From positions 1 through 34,448 of the forward strand of contig JAABTZ010000001.1 of NCBI GenBank assembly GCA_011389605.1: DNA of 34,448 nt, given 5' to 3'. The DNA comes from Desulfobacteraceae bacterium. GTDB lineage: Bacteria; Desulfobacterota; Desulfobacteria; Desulfobacterales; Desulfosalsimonadaceae. Shown here in pieces: positions 18,451 to 27,124 of the stretch. The notes below the pieces were generated by a model that made no database searches, was not told where the DNA came from, and saw nothing but the letters and a program-made list of their open reading frames with translations. Position numbers and translations under genes: made by a program. Every line of letters begins with the position of its first letter. Positions within the stretch are counted from its first letter, which is position 1.

Positions 18451-19344
18451 TTACACCCGTTCAATTTCGTGAGTGCCAAACAAGCCATGTGGCTTAAACA
18501 ACAAAATCACCAGCAAGATAATATAGGGCAGCAGATTGGCAGTGCCGTTTAACCCGAAGTTGCCGTCAAGATAGCCGCTGGCAAACTGCTGGATCAGCCC
18601 CATGATAATCCCGGCCGCCACGGCCCCGGGAAGAGAATCAAGCCCCCCTAAAATCACCACCGGGAAAACAATAATCCCGAAAGCATGCAGGGTCTCAAAA
18701 TTCAATCCCGTGATATTGCCGATTATACCGCCGGCTGCCGCAGCGGTCAGGCCCGCGCAGGCCCAGGCAAGTCCAAAAACCCTGGGGACCGAAATTCCGA
18801 TGGACATGGAGGCCATCTGATCATCTGAGACAGCTCTCATGGAAATGCCCACCGTGGATTTTTTGAAAAACCATGAAAATATACCAATGAGCAAAAATGT
18901 TATTATCACACCCACAATCTGGGTATAGGAAATATATATTCCTGCAAAAACAACAGGTTCAGTGGGCAAAAAAGCTGGGAATGAAAAATTTTCCGAGCCA
19001 AACGGAGTAAGATAAATCAAGCCGTCGATAATTGACATTAAGCCTATGGTGACCATGATCACCGATATTATGGGCTCGCCGATCAAACGCCGAAGAAAAA
19101 TGCGCTCAACACTCATTGCCAGAAAAAAGGTCACGATCATACTCAGCACAAAAGAGATATAGATGGGTATCTGGCACCACACCGTAAGTGCATAGGTAAT
19201 ATATGCACCTGCTGCAATGATCTGGCCGTGGGCGATGTTTAGCACCCGGCTTGACTTGTAGATGAGTACAAAGCCGATTGCCGCCAGGGCATAAATGGAG
19301 CCCACCACAATGCCGGAAACCACGAGTTGAAAAAAATAAGTCAT
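18451..19344 (-). CDS. ABC transporter permease, LivH-like
   Basis: GSIYALAAIGFVLIY, MRAVSDD, VILGGLDS and KPHGLFG motifs. Confidence 0.93.
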   Translation of the reverse strand: MTYFFQLVVSGIVVGSIYALAAIGFVLIYKSSRVLNIAHGQIIAAGAYITYALTVWCQIPIYISFVLSMIVTFFLAMSVERIFLRRLIGEPIISVIMVTIGLMSIIDGLIYLTPFGSENFSFPAFLPTEPVVFAGIYISYTQIVGVIITFLLIGIFSWFFKKSTVGISMRAVSDDQMASMSIGISVPRVFGLAWACAGLTAAAAGGIIGNITGLNFETLHAFGIIVFPVVILGGLDSLPGAVAAGIIMGLIQQFASGYLDGNFGLNGTANLLPYIILLVILLFKPHGLFGTHEIERV

Positions 19345-21269
19345 AACTTTTCTTCCATGGTATAGAATCGAATAATGGTTTTAACAGTGGCTGTCTGGCC
19401 GTCCTGATACTGATAGAAAGCTTCTACTTCTTTTTCTGAAACCGATTCATCGTATAGGGCTTCATAGAGATTCAGATATTTTTCCCGGACAAACTGACGG
19501 CGGATCTTGCCGGTTTTGGTCAATTCCCCGTCATCGACATCCAGTAGCTTGTATAAAATTGCAAAGCGGTGAATCCTGAAATGCTCTTTTTCAGCCTTTT
19601 GATTTATTTTGATTATTTCGGCAAGGATCAGCTCGGCCACTTCGGGTCTGGCTGAAAGATCCATAAAAGTTGAAAACGATATTCCCCGGTCCTCGGCCCA
19701 TTTGCCGACCACGATGGGATCGATGTTTATAAGGGCGGCCACGTAATCGCGTTTATCGCCAAATACCACCGCCTCCTTGATATACGGGCTGAATTTGAGG
19801 CGGTTTTCCAGAAACATTGGGCTAAACATCTCCCCGCCGCTGTTGTGCATGACATCAGAGACCCGGTCAATGACCACCAGGTGGCCGTTTTCATCGATAT
19901 AGCCGGCATCGCCGGAATGAAGCCACCCGTTTTCGATCAGCTCGGCGGTCTTTTCCGGCTGTTTGTAATAACCAGCTGTAACCGAATCAGACTTTGAAAG
20001 AATCTCACCCTGCTCGGATATGCGAAATTCCGTCTTGGGAAGAGGTTTTCCCACAGTGTCAGGCCGCACGTCACCATCTCTGTGCATGTAGGCTATTCCG
20101 GTAATCTCGGTCTGACCATAGATCTGCTTCAGGTTAACCCCGATTGCCTGATAAAATGTAAAAAGCTCCGGGCCCAAAGCCGCCCCCCCGGTGTAGGCCC
20201 GGCGCAGCCGGCGGAAACCGATCTGGTTGACAAGGGGCCTGAACATGATCACATCGCCGAACCAGGAAACAAGACGCAGCAAAGGGGGCTGTTTCCGGCC
20301 GGTCATCCGGTAGCGGGCTGCTTTTTCTCCGATTTTCATGAAATAATTGTAGCAAATCTTGTTGAAGCGGTATGATTCATCTATTTTAAGCCAGATCTGG
20401 GAGCGAATGGTTTCGTAGATGCGTGGTGCGCCGAACATGAAATGCGGTCCGATCTCCTTTAGATCCGCCATGGCGGTTTCAACCGATTCCGGAAAATTAA
20501 TGGCGATTCCCGTAGCCATGGCAACCCCGAAGGAATTCATCTGCTCACCGATCCAGGCAAAGGGAAGAAACGATACATACTCGTCTGTCTGCTCCAATGG
20601 ATCGACTTCGGTTAGCTGCAGGCCCATGTTGATATAATTGCGGTGGGTCATCATTGCACCCTTGGGCAGCCCGGTGGTCCCGGAAGTCAGGCACATATGG
20701 CAGACATTATCCGGGCTTCCCTCATCAACCAGCTTTTCAAACAGATCCGGCTCCTGCCTGCAGGCTTCTTCACCCAGGGCATACAGCTCTTTGATATGCA
20801 TGAACCAGTCATCTGACCTGTAGCTGCGCATGCCACGGTCGTCCTCATAGATAACCTTCCTGACTCCCGGAATCCGCTGCCGGACTTCACGCACCTTGTC
20901 CACCTGCTCCTGGTCGGAGCAGAAAACCACGCTCACGTCCAGGTATTCAATAATCTGGGCGATCTCATCGGGAAGGCTTGTCTGGTAAATACCCGCTGAT
21001 ATCCCCCCCACGGCCTGGGCCCCGATAGCCACAAACAAAACCTCCGGAATGTTGTCACAGATCAGGGCAACCTTATCCTGCTTTTCAAATCCGATCTTCT
21101 TAAGGCCCATACCTGCTTTTCGGGTATAGTCGTAATACTGGTCCCAGCTGTAGGAAATCCACCGGCCGAAGTCCTTTTCCCTCAATGCAGTGCGATTCCC
21201 GCTGGTATTGACCCGCCAGCGCAGAAGCTGCGGAATGCTGTAGGCAAGAAGATGATCTCTGTTTTCCAT
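19341..21269 (-). CDS. Long-chain-fatty-acid--CoA ligase (FAA1/ACSBG-like) embedded in the ABC operon
   Basis: TSGTTGLPKG, YGQTE, WLHSGDAG, ENRLKFSPYIKEA and GELTKTGKIRR. ATGA overlap with the livH-like gene. Confidence 0.93.
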   Translation of the reverse strand: MENRDHLLAYSIPQLLRWRVNTSGNRTALREKDFGRWISYSWDQYYDYTRKAGMGLKKIGFEKQDKVALICDNIPEVLFVAIGAQAVGGISAGIYQTSLPDEIAQIIEYLDVSVVFCSDQEQVDKVREVRQRIPGVRKVIYEDDRGMRSYRSDDWFMHIKELYALGEEACRQEPDLFEKLVDEGSPDNVCHMCLTSGTTGLPKGAMMTHRNYINMGLQLTEVDPLEQTDEYVSFLPFAWIGEQMNSFGVAMATGIAINFPESVETAMADLKEIGPHFMFGAPRIYETIRSQIWLKIDESYRFNKICYNYFMKIGEKAARYRMTGRKQPPLLRLVSWFGDVIMFRPLVNQIGFRRLRRAYTGGAALGPELFTFYQAIGVNLKQIYGQTEITGIAYMHRDGDVRPDTVGKPLPKTEFRISEQGEILSKSDSVTAGYYKQPEKTAELIENGWLHSGDAGYIDENGHLVVIDRVSDVMHNSGGEMFSPMFLENRLKFSPYIKEAVVFGDKRDYVAALINIDPIVVGKWAEDRGISFSTFMDLSARPEVAELILAEIIKINQKAEKEHFRIHRFAILYKLLDVDDGELTKTGKIRRQFVREKYLNLYEALYDESVSEKEVEAFYQYQDGQTATVKTIIRFYTMEEKL

Positions 21270-21275
21270 ACCTGT

Positions 21276-22037
21276 TTACTCTTCTCCGATATATGCCTCG
21301 ATTACCTTGGGATTGGAAGCCACCTGTTCTGCATCTCCTGAGCCGATAACTTCTCCGAAATCAAGTACATAGATTTGATCTGAAATATCCATGACAACAC
21401 CCAGGTCGTGCTCCACTAAAATCACTGTGATTTCCCATTCATTTTTAATGTCAAAAATAAACCGGACCATATCTTCTTTTTCCTCGATATTCATCCCTGC
21501 CATGGGCTCATCGAGCAGAATCATCTGAGGAGCCAGGGTCAGGGCGCGGGCCACTTCAACACTTTTTTGCACCCCGTAGCTCAAATTGCCCACAGTCTGC
21601 TTGCGATAAGCCTCCAGCTCCATGAAATCTATTATTTTTTCTACATGTTCCCGGTTTTCGGCCTCCACCCGGGAGGCCTTGCCGAAAAAAGCCAGGGCAT
21701 GGAGCAGGCCGTAAGAAAGATTCTGGTGACGGGCAAGCATGAGGTTATCTAACACAGAAAGACCCCGAAACAATTCCAGGTTCTGAAAGGCCCTGGCAAT
21801 ACCGATTTTGGAAACCTGGTGAGGAGACGATTTTGTAAGACGCTGGCCGTTGTAATGGATCTCTCCGCTGGTTGGGTGATAAAACCCGGAAATGCAGTTT
21901 AGCAGGCTGGTTTTCCCGGCGCCGTTGGGACCTATAATTGATGTGATCAGGCCGGCTTTAACATCCATGTTAACGCCGGAAAGCGCATGCAGGCCGCCAA
22001 AGGTGAGGGTAACATCTGAAACTTTAAGGTTAGGCAT
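21276..22037 (-). CDS. ABC transporter ATP-binding protein, LivG-like
   Basis: FGGLHAL, GPNGAGKTS, LSYG, LDEPMAG, VEHD and NPKVIEAYIG. Start set at ATG 22037. Confidence 0.94.
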   Translation of the reverse strand: MPNLKVSDVTLTFGGLHALSGVNMDVKAGLITSIIGPNGAGKTSLLNCISGFYHPTSGEIHYNGQRLTKSSPHQVSKIGIARAFQNLELFRGLSVLDNLMLARHQNLSYGLLHALAFFGKASRVEAENREHVEKIIDFMELEAYRKQTVGNLSYGVQKSVEVARALTLAPQMILLDEPMAGMNIEEKEDMVRFIFDIKNEWEITVILVEHDLGVVMDISDQIYVLDFGEVIGSGDAEQVASNPKVIEAYIGEE

Positions 22038-22152
22038 ATCAGTCTCGACACTTGGGGTGATTGAAAGAAATGCTGCCTTGAGTTTAAAAATGCCTTTGGC
22101 ATCCAAAAAAGTCAAGCAAACAGAATAGCAGTAAAATAGCGGGCATTAACCA

Positions 22153-23736
22153 CTACTTTTCAAAGGAAAGCAGATGAGCCCTGAGGTTGATTTTTTTGTT
22201 TTTGATTTGAAGCTTAGTGCGGATATTGTGACGGTGAAACAGCACGGTGTTTTTTGAAATAAGCAGCAATTCGGCAATCTCCTTGTTGGTCTTGCCAGCT
22301 TTTATCAAATCGGCTACACGCATTTCCATGGGGGTAAGTGTTCCCATCTTTTCCGTGAGCCTGTTTATAAACGGGGAAATAATATTTTCAAGATTGATCT
22401 CAAGGATCTGCAGCAAGGATTTCTGGCGGTTATCCAGGCGTGTATTGATAACCTTTTCAAGGTAAGGGCTGACCAGTTCCTGAACGTTTCTGCGAACTGT
22501 TTCGCTAAGCTCCCTTTGGTCCTGCTCGCGCTGTTTGAGCAAAACCCGAAGGGCTGTGTTTACCTCCTCGAGATGAAGTGACTGGGCCCGCAGATCTTTT
22601 TGATGACGCTGAAGGGATCGCTCGGTGCGCCTGCGCTCCTCGACCTGCTGTTCAAGCTTCAGGTTGGCCTGCTCCAGCTCTGCAGTACGCCTTGCAACCA
22701 GCTCCTCAAGATGGTCCCGATAGGTCTGCAGTTCTCTTTCCGCTATTTTCTGGGCGCTTATATCCCGGAGAGTAACTATATTGCCGGCGGGCCTGCCGTC
22801 TGAACCCCTGTACAAAGTGGAGCTGAGCTGCACGTCAAGCACCCTGCCGTCTTTTGTAAGGCGCCGGGTTTCAAACATGCTTATGGTCTGGCCGGCCAGC
22901 ATCTTCTCAATGGCATCCCGGGTCTCGGGCCAGCTTTCCTCCGGTACGAAATCGATCCGCTTGCCCAGAAGATCATTGCGCGAAAGGCCGAAAGTATCCT
23001 CAAAAGCGGGATTGACATAGGTTGCCACCCCATTAATGTCATAGACCACGATAGGATCGGGCGAAGACTCCAGCATAATCCTGTACCGGCTTTCGCTTTG
23101 GCGCAGCACATCCTCGGCCCGCTTGCGCTCGGCCAGCTCCCGGCGAACGTCTGCATACAACCTGGCTTTTTCCAGGGCAATCAGTGCCAGGGCGGCAAAA
23201 CGCTCAAGAACTGTAACATCCTCTGTGCTAAAAGAGCGGTTGTCATCCACATGAGCAAGACCGATAACTCCCACTACTTCCTGGTCGGATTTAAGAGGGA
23301 TACCCACAATGGAGTGCAGCTTGTCGAGTTTCTTGTCGTCAATCCGGCCGGGCCAGACCTGATAGTCATCAACGAGAAGCGGGACTTCAGCCTCCCATAC
23401 CCTGCCGCCCATACCCTCGCCGCGAATTACACACCTGCCCAGCTGGCCTTTGAAAAAACCCTTGCCCATCTGCATCTGCATGCAATCGGTACCCGGCTCG
23501 CGAAGATAGATATAGCCGTGTTCGGTGCCGGTCAGCAAAGATGCCCGGTCAAGGATGTTTTCCAGAAGTTCTTCCTTGTCAAGCTTTGCAATCAGTCCAA
23601 GAGATGTTTCATGCAGGGCTTCAAGATAGTCCTTATGACGGTGGAATGCGGATTCAGCAGTCAGGCACCGGTTGGCTTCACGGCTTAATTCCAGTACCTG
23701 CTTTTCCAGTTCCTCGTAGGTAGGTTTTACGCCCAT
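22153..23736 (-). CDS. One-component transcriptional regulator: GAF, PAS, coiled coil and LuxR-type HTH
   Basis: GAF (GEGMGGRVW..SIVGIPL), PAS (SPDPIVVYD..YVNPAF..RDIS) and HTH (LTPMEMRVADLIKAGKTNKEIA..TVLFHRHNIRTKL). Start uncertain (23736 or 23742). Confidence 0.9.
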   Translation of the reverse strand: MGVKPTYEELEKQVLELSREANRCLTAESAFHRHKDYLEALHETSLGLIAKLDKEELLENILDRASLLTGTEHGYIYLREPGTDCMQMQMGKGFFKGQLGRCVIRGEGMGGRVWEAEVPLLVDDYQVWPGRIDDKKLDKLHSIVGIPLKSDQEVVGVIGLAHVDDNRSFSTEDVTVLERFAALALIALEKARLYADVRRELAERKRAEDVLRQSESRYRIMLESSPDPIVVYDINGVATYVNPAFEDTFGLSRNDLLGKRIDFVPEESWPETRDAIEKMLAGQTISMFETRRLTKDGRVLDVQLSSTLYRGSDGRPAGNIVTLRDISAQKIAERELQTYRDHLEELVARRTAELEQANLKLEQQVEERRRTERSLQRHQKDLRAQSLHLEEVNTALRVLLKQREQDQRELSETVRRNVQELVSPYLEKVINTRLDNRQKSLLQILEINLENIISPFINRLTEKMGTLTPMEMRVADLIKAGKTNKEIAELLLISKNTVLFHRHNIRTKLQIKNKKINLRAHLLSFEK

Positions 23737-24096
23737 GTGCATTGCCTGAATGTGGTTTACCGGATATGAACGTATTTTTTTAATATAAATTAACATGTTA
23801 TCCATTTTAATGCAACTGTTTTGACGATTTTTCAACCGGGGCTGCTTAAACACTGCAAAGCCGGTTGACAGGCCTGGCTGACAATGACATGAATAAACAA
23901 TATATTTCCTAAACTGAGCGTTTCAGATTTTTAAAAGCAATTAATTTTGACGGCTTCGTAAAAAGTCCAATATCTGCGTTACGCGCGATTTTTGAAGAAT
24001 TTCACGTACGGCTAAGTACTCTGCATTCTTCGAAATCGCGCAAGCTTTGATAGTGGTTAAGTAATTAAGTGTTAAGTAAAATCAAGAAGTTATTTT

Positions 24097-24280
24097 GTAA
24101 CTATTCAGCCACCCGGCAGGGGCGGACACACAGGTCCGCCCCTACGGATGACCAGTCGTATTGTAGGGGCGGACCTGTGTGTCCGCCCCTGGTTACACGG
24201 AAACGAAGAATGATGGGGTTGAAATCCACACCCTACACACTTCTTCGAGATTCATGCGTTGGTATTAGCTGAATAGTTAC
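24097..24280. mobile_element. 184-bp MITE with 13-bp perfect TIRs and an 8-bp target-site duplication
   Basis: GTAACTATTCAGC (24097-24109) and GCTGAATAGTTAC (24268-24280), flanked by the direct repeat GTTATTTT (24089-24096 and 24281-24288). Confidence 0.9.
24117..24191. repeat. GTAG-family REP doublet (REPIN-like)
   Basis: Perfect 29-bp inverted pair CAGGGGCGGACACACAGGTCCGCCCCTAC (24117-24145) and GTAGGGGCGGACCTGTGTGTCCGCCCCTG (24163-24191) with a 17-bp spacer. Each unit is itself a hairpin with a GTAG foot. Confidence 0.88.
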
Positions 24281-24334
24281 GTTATTTTTTTATTGTTTGG
24301 CGAGTATATCGGTTTCAGGACTTTTGCGAAGCCA

Positions 24335-24925
24335 TCAAAGAGGACGGATGTAAGTGAAAATAAAAAGAATGACATAGCATATGCCCACGGCTGTCATATT
24401 GCCAGTTCCGTGGTTTTGGGCAAAACTTTGAGCATCGAACACAAACAGCCGTGACGGGTCAAACCTGCTGTTAAAAGTCGGCAGATAGGGCCCTACATCA
24501 TGCCTGTAGTTTTCATAATCCCGCCCGAAGAGATCTGAAAGCAGTTTTTCCTCCCGATTGACCCGGTTGGTCATATAGAAATAGTAAACAATGGTATAAA
24601 CCGCCAGAATCAAAATACTGCCAGTCATCATCAGGATGCCGAAAATTAAAAAAAATCTTCCTATGTACATTGGGTTGCGCACAAACATGTAGGGCCCGCC
24701 CGTTGTCAGGCGCTTTTTTGTTTTAATTGTTGCAAAGCACCACAGCTGAAGCAGCTCTCCTGCTGCCGAGACAATCAGGCCGGGGAAAAACCATTGCTTT
24801 TCAACAAGAGGCAGCATCAGGATAAATAGAACTGCAATTATTGGAAAGCGGAGTTTTAAAAACGTCTTTCTGGCCCTGCGGTTGTTAAACACTGCATTTA
24901 TGCGGTCAATAACAGGTCTGTTCAT
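24335..24925 (-). CDS. Isoprenylcysteine carboxyl methyltransferase (ICMT/PEMT) family membrane methyltransferase
   Basis: GELLQLW, LTTGGPYMFVRNPMYIG and REEKLLSDLFGRDYENY motifs. Start set at ATG 24925, 10 nt after the kdsB stop. Confidence 0.88.
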   Translation of the reverse strand: MNRPVIDRINAVFNNRRARKTFLKLRFPIIAVLFILMLPLVEKQWFFPGLIVSAAGELLQLWCFATIKTKKRLTTGGPYMFVRNPMYIGRFFLIFGILMMTGSILILAVYTIVYYFYMTNRVNREEKLLSDLFGRDYENYRHDVGPYLPTFNSRFDPSRLFVFDAQSFAQNHGTGNMTAVGICYVILFIFTYIRPL

Positions 24926-24935
24926 GTTAAACCTT

Positions 24936-25694
24936 TTATTTAATTTTTTGGCGCTGCTGTAAAACGGCAATGACCTGCAGGAGATCTTCGGGGCGGTCAA
25001 CGCTCATGCTCTTGTTTTCAGTGATTTCCACGTGTATGCCGATACCGTTTTCAAGCAGCCGGAGCTGCTCGAGTTTTTCCATTTGTTCCAGGCGGCCCGG
25101 CGGCAGGGATACAAACCTGTCAAGGGCGGATTTGCGGAAACCGTAAAGACCGATGTGGCAGAAATAGGAGGCATTTAAAACGTCCCTGGGATACGGAATC
25201 GGGGCCCTGGAAAAATACAGGGCCCGTTGGTCAGGGGCGAATACAGCTTTTACGCGGTCAGGATTTTCGGCTGATTCCGGGCCCATTGGATGCACCAGGG
25301 TGGTCACTGAAATCTCCGGGTCGGCAAAAGGGCGTATCAGCAAGGACACCAACCCCGGATCCAGCAGGGGTTCATCGCCCTGTATATTTACCACCACCCC
25401 GGCATCAGGAATTTTTAGCAGGCAGGCGGCTTCATGGACCCTGTCTGTTCCGCTTTCATGATCGCTTCTGGTCATGATTGCAGGTACATCCAGGGATTGG
25501 GCAGCCTCAAAAATTCTGTTATCATCCGTGGCAATAACGACCCGGTCCAGCTCCGGACACTGCCGGGCGTGTTCATAGACATGCCAGAACATCGGTTTTC
25601 CAAGGATCTGTGCAAGAGGCTTTCCGGGAAAACGCGTGGATGAATACCGCGCCGGAATAATACCGCAGCATTTAATTGATGAGAAATCGTTCAT
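24936..25694 (-). CDS. kdsB: 3-deoxy-manno-octulosonate cytidylyltransferase (CMP-Kdo synthetase)
   Basis: IIPARYSSTRFPGKPL, HESGTDR, NIQGDEP, ALYFSRAPIP and EKLEQLRLLENG. Confidence 0.97.
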   Translation of the reverse strand: MNDFSSIKCCGIIPARYSSTRFPGKPLAQILGKPMFWHVYEHARQCPELDRVVIATDDNRIFEAAQSLDVPAIMTRSDHESGTDRVHEAACLLKIPDAGVVVNIQGDEPLLDPGLVSLLIRPFADPEISVTTLVHPMGPESAENPDRVKAVFAPDQRALYFSRAPIPYPRDVLNASYFCHIGLYGFRKSALDRFVSLPPGRLEQMEKLEQLRLLENGIGIHVEITENKSMSVDRPEDLLQVIAVLQQRQKIK

Positions 25695-26995
25695 GGCTGC
25701 TCCTTTGTCCTGCCGCCTGCCAGGCAGGCTTCAATAAGCCGGCAGGCCTGTCGGGTGCCTCCCTGTCGGGCGCTGATATATTTTTGGGCCAAATGTCTTG
25801 TCTCTTCACGGTCAGGGTTATTATGTATTTGTTGAATCAAACGGCCTGCGGCACTCTGCCAGCTGCTTTCCCTGAAAACAAGGCCCTGTCTGAAAATATC
25901 TTCACCCACCCAGAAAAAGTTATCCCAGTAAGGTCCGATAACCGGCCGCACGCCGCAGACCAGCGGTTCCAGAAAATTCTGTCCCCCCAGCGGCTCCAGG
26001 CTGCCGCCCACAAAAACAGCGTCAGCTGCTTGATAAGCATCTGAGAGTTCGCCAAAAGTGTCCCATAAGATGACTTGACCCGGCTGTGGTTTGTTTTGAA
26101 GCCCGGAGCGCAGACCCCAGAAAAGCCCGGCTTGGGAAAGAAGGATTTTCCAGGAATCTATCCTGTGCATGTGGCGTGGAAACAGACCAGTGATAACATC
26201 TGGATGGTGACGGAGAATTTTCTTTAACAGTTTTACTGTCCGCCCCTCTTCTTCCCGGCGGATGGAGCCCAGTACCAGAAATTTTGCCGAAGAAGGAATC
26301 AGCTGGGATATAGGATTTTTATGCTCTGAAATTTTTCCTGCCGGCAGACGGTCAAACTTGATGTTGGGCATCTGCTTTACAATACTTTTGCCGAATAAAC
26401 CGCTGAAGCGTTTTGCATCAGTTTCAGATATGGCAAGCACGCCCCGGGGACTCAGCGGATATAAAAATTTTCTGATCCGGCAGTAGCGTGAAAAGCTTTT
26501 TTCTGTCATGCGGCCGTTTAAGATCCAGACCGGACAGGATTTTTCTTTTAGAGCATGCAGGAGTCCGGGCCAGATTTCAGTTTCAAGAAGCACCACCAGC
26601 TTCGGGCTGACCTGGCCTACAGCCTTTTTCATTATTGCAGGCTGATCAAAGGGAAACCATCGGCACATCAGGGCAGAAGTTCTGCCTGCTTGCCGGATTC
26701 GGGTTTCGGCCTTGCAAAGGATCTCCATTCCCTGGCGGGTATTGGTGGTGGCCAGTATCCGGCTGGAGTCTGGCAGCTGGAGGTTTTCTATCAGGGACAA
26801 TGCAAGGTAGGCTTCCCCGGCTGAAGCCGCCTGGATCCACAGATCGGCCTCCGGCAGGCAGCAGGTGAGTATTCGATGATCATAGCCGTCTTTTAGCCGT
26901 GCATTGAGCCGCATGGCTGGCAGCACAAGCCGCCATGCCTCATTATATGCTTTTATTGCAATATCGAGATAACGCTTATTCAATGGTAAAACCAT
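25691..26995 (-). CDS. waaA: 3-deoxy-D-manno-octulosonic acid (Kdo) transferase
   Basis: WIQAASAGE, PFD, ETEIWPG, NGRMTEKS, NIKFD, PRH, DTFGEL and FVGGSL..GGQNFLEP. Confidence 0.95.
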   Translation of the reverse strand: MVLPLNKRYLDIAIKAYNEAWRLVLPAMRLNARLKDGYDHRILTCCLPEADLWIQAASAGEAYLALSLIENLQLPDSSRILATTNTRQGMEILCKAETRIRQAGRTSALMCRWFPFDQPAIMKKAVGQVSPKLVVLLETEIWPGLLHALKEKSCPVWILNGRMTEKSFSRYCRIRKFLYPLSPRGVLAISETDAKRFSGLFGKSIVKQMPNIKFDRLPAGKISEHKNPISQLIPSSAKFLVLGSIRREEEGRTVKLLKKILRHHPDVITGLFPRHMHRIDSWKILLSQAGLFWGLRSGLQNKPQPGQVILWDTFGELSDAYQAADAVFVGGSLEPLGGQNFLEPLVCGVRPVIGPYWDNFFWVGEDIFRQGLVFRESSWQSAAGRLIQQIHNNPDREETRHLAQKYISARQGGTRQACRLIEACLAGGRTKEQP

Positions 26996-27059
26996 CCTGA
27001 TTCATGCGGGATTATAGATCCGTTTCCGGCAGTTTATATCATCAGTGCTGAATTTGATC

Positions 27060-27096
27060 AAAAAAAAACCGCCCCGGCTTTTTGCCGGAGCGGTTT
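27060..27096 (-). terminator. Rho-independent terminator of the hdrA-mvhD-metV-metF operon
   Basis: Minus strand ACCGCTCCGGC-AAAAA-GCCGGGGCGGT followed by a T-run, about 30 nt after the metF stop. Confidence 0.85.
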
Positions 27097-27124
27097 GCAT
27101 CCAGGTTTCTGAATAAAAAAGGCT

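Larger units (their letters stand above)
23949..24336. mobile_element. Non-autonomous TIR element (MITE-like), composite
   Basis: Imperfect TIRs GACGGCTTCGTAAAAAGTCC (23949-23968) and GGACTTTTGCGAAGCCATC (24318-24336). Internal hairpin at 23983-24041. Related sequence at about 13000-13110 and 33770-33855. Confidence 0.75.

Noticed and set aside
24069-24272. 67-aa ORF on the plus strand
   Set aside because: It lies across the MITE/REP repeats and has no recognisable motif; a chance ORF.
24097-24280. CRISPR array, tRNA or autonomous IS
   Set aside because: The repeats are inverted rather than direct with spacers, there is no cloverleaf, and no cas or transposase ORF is present in the window. 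The parent IS family could not be assigned from the TIRs alone.
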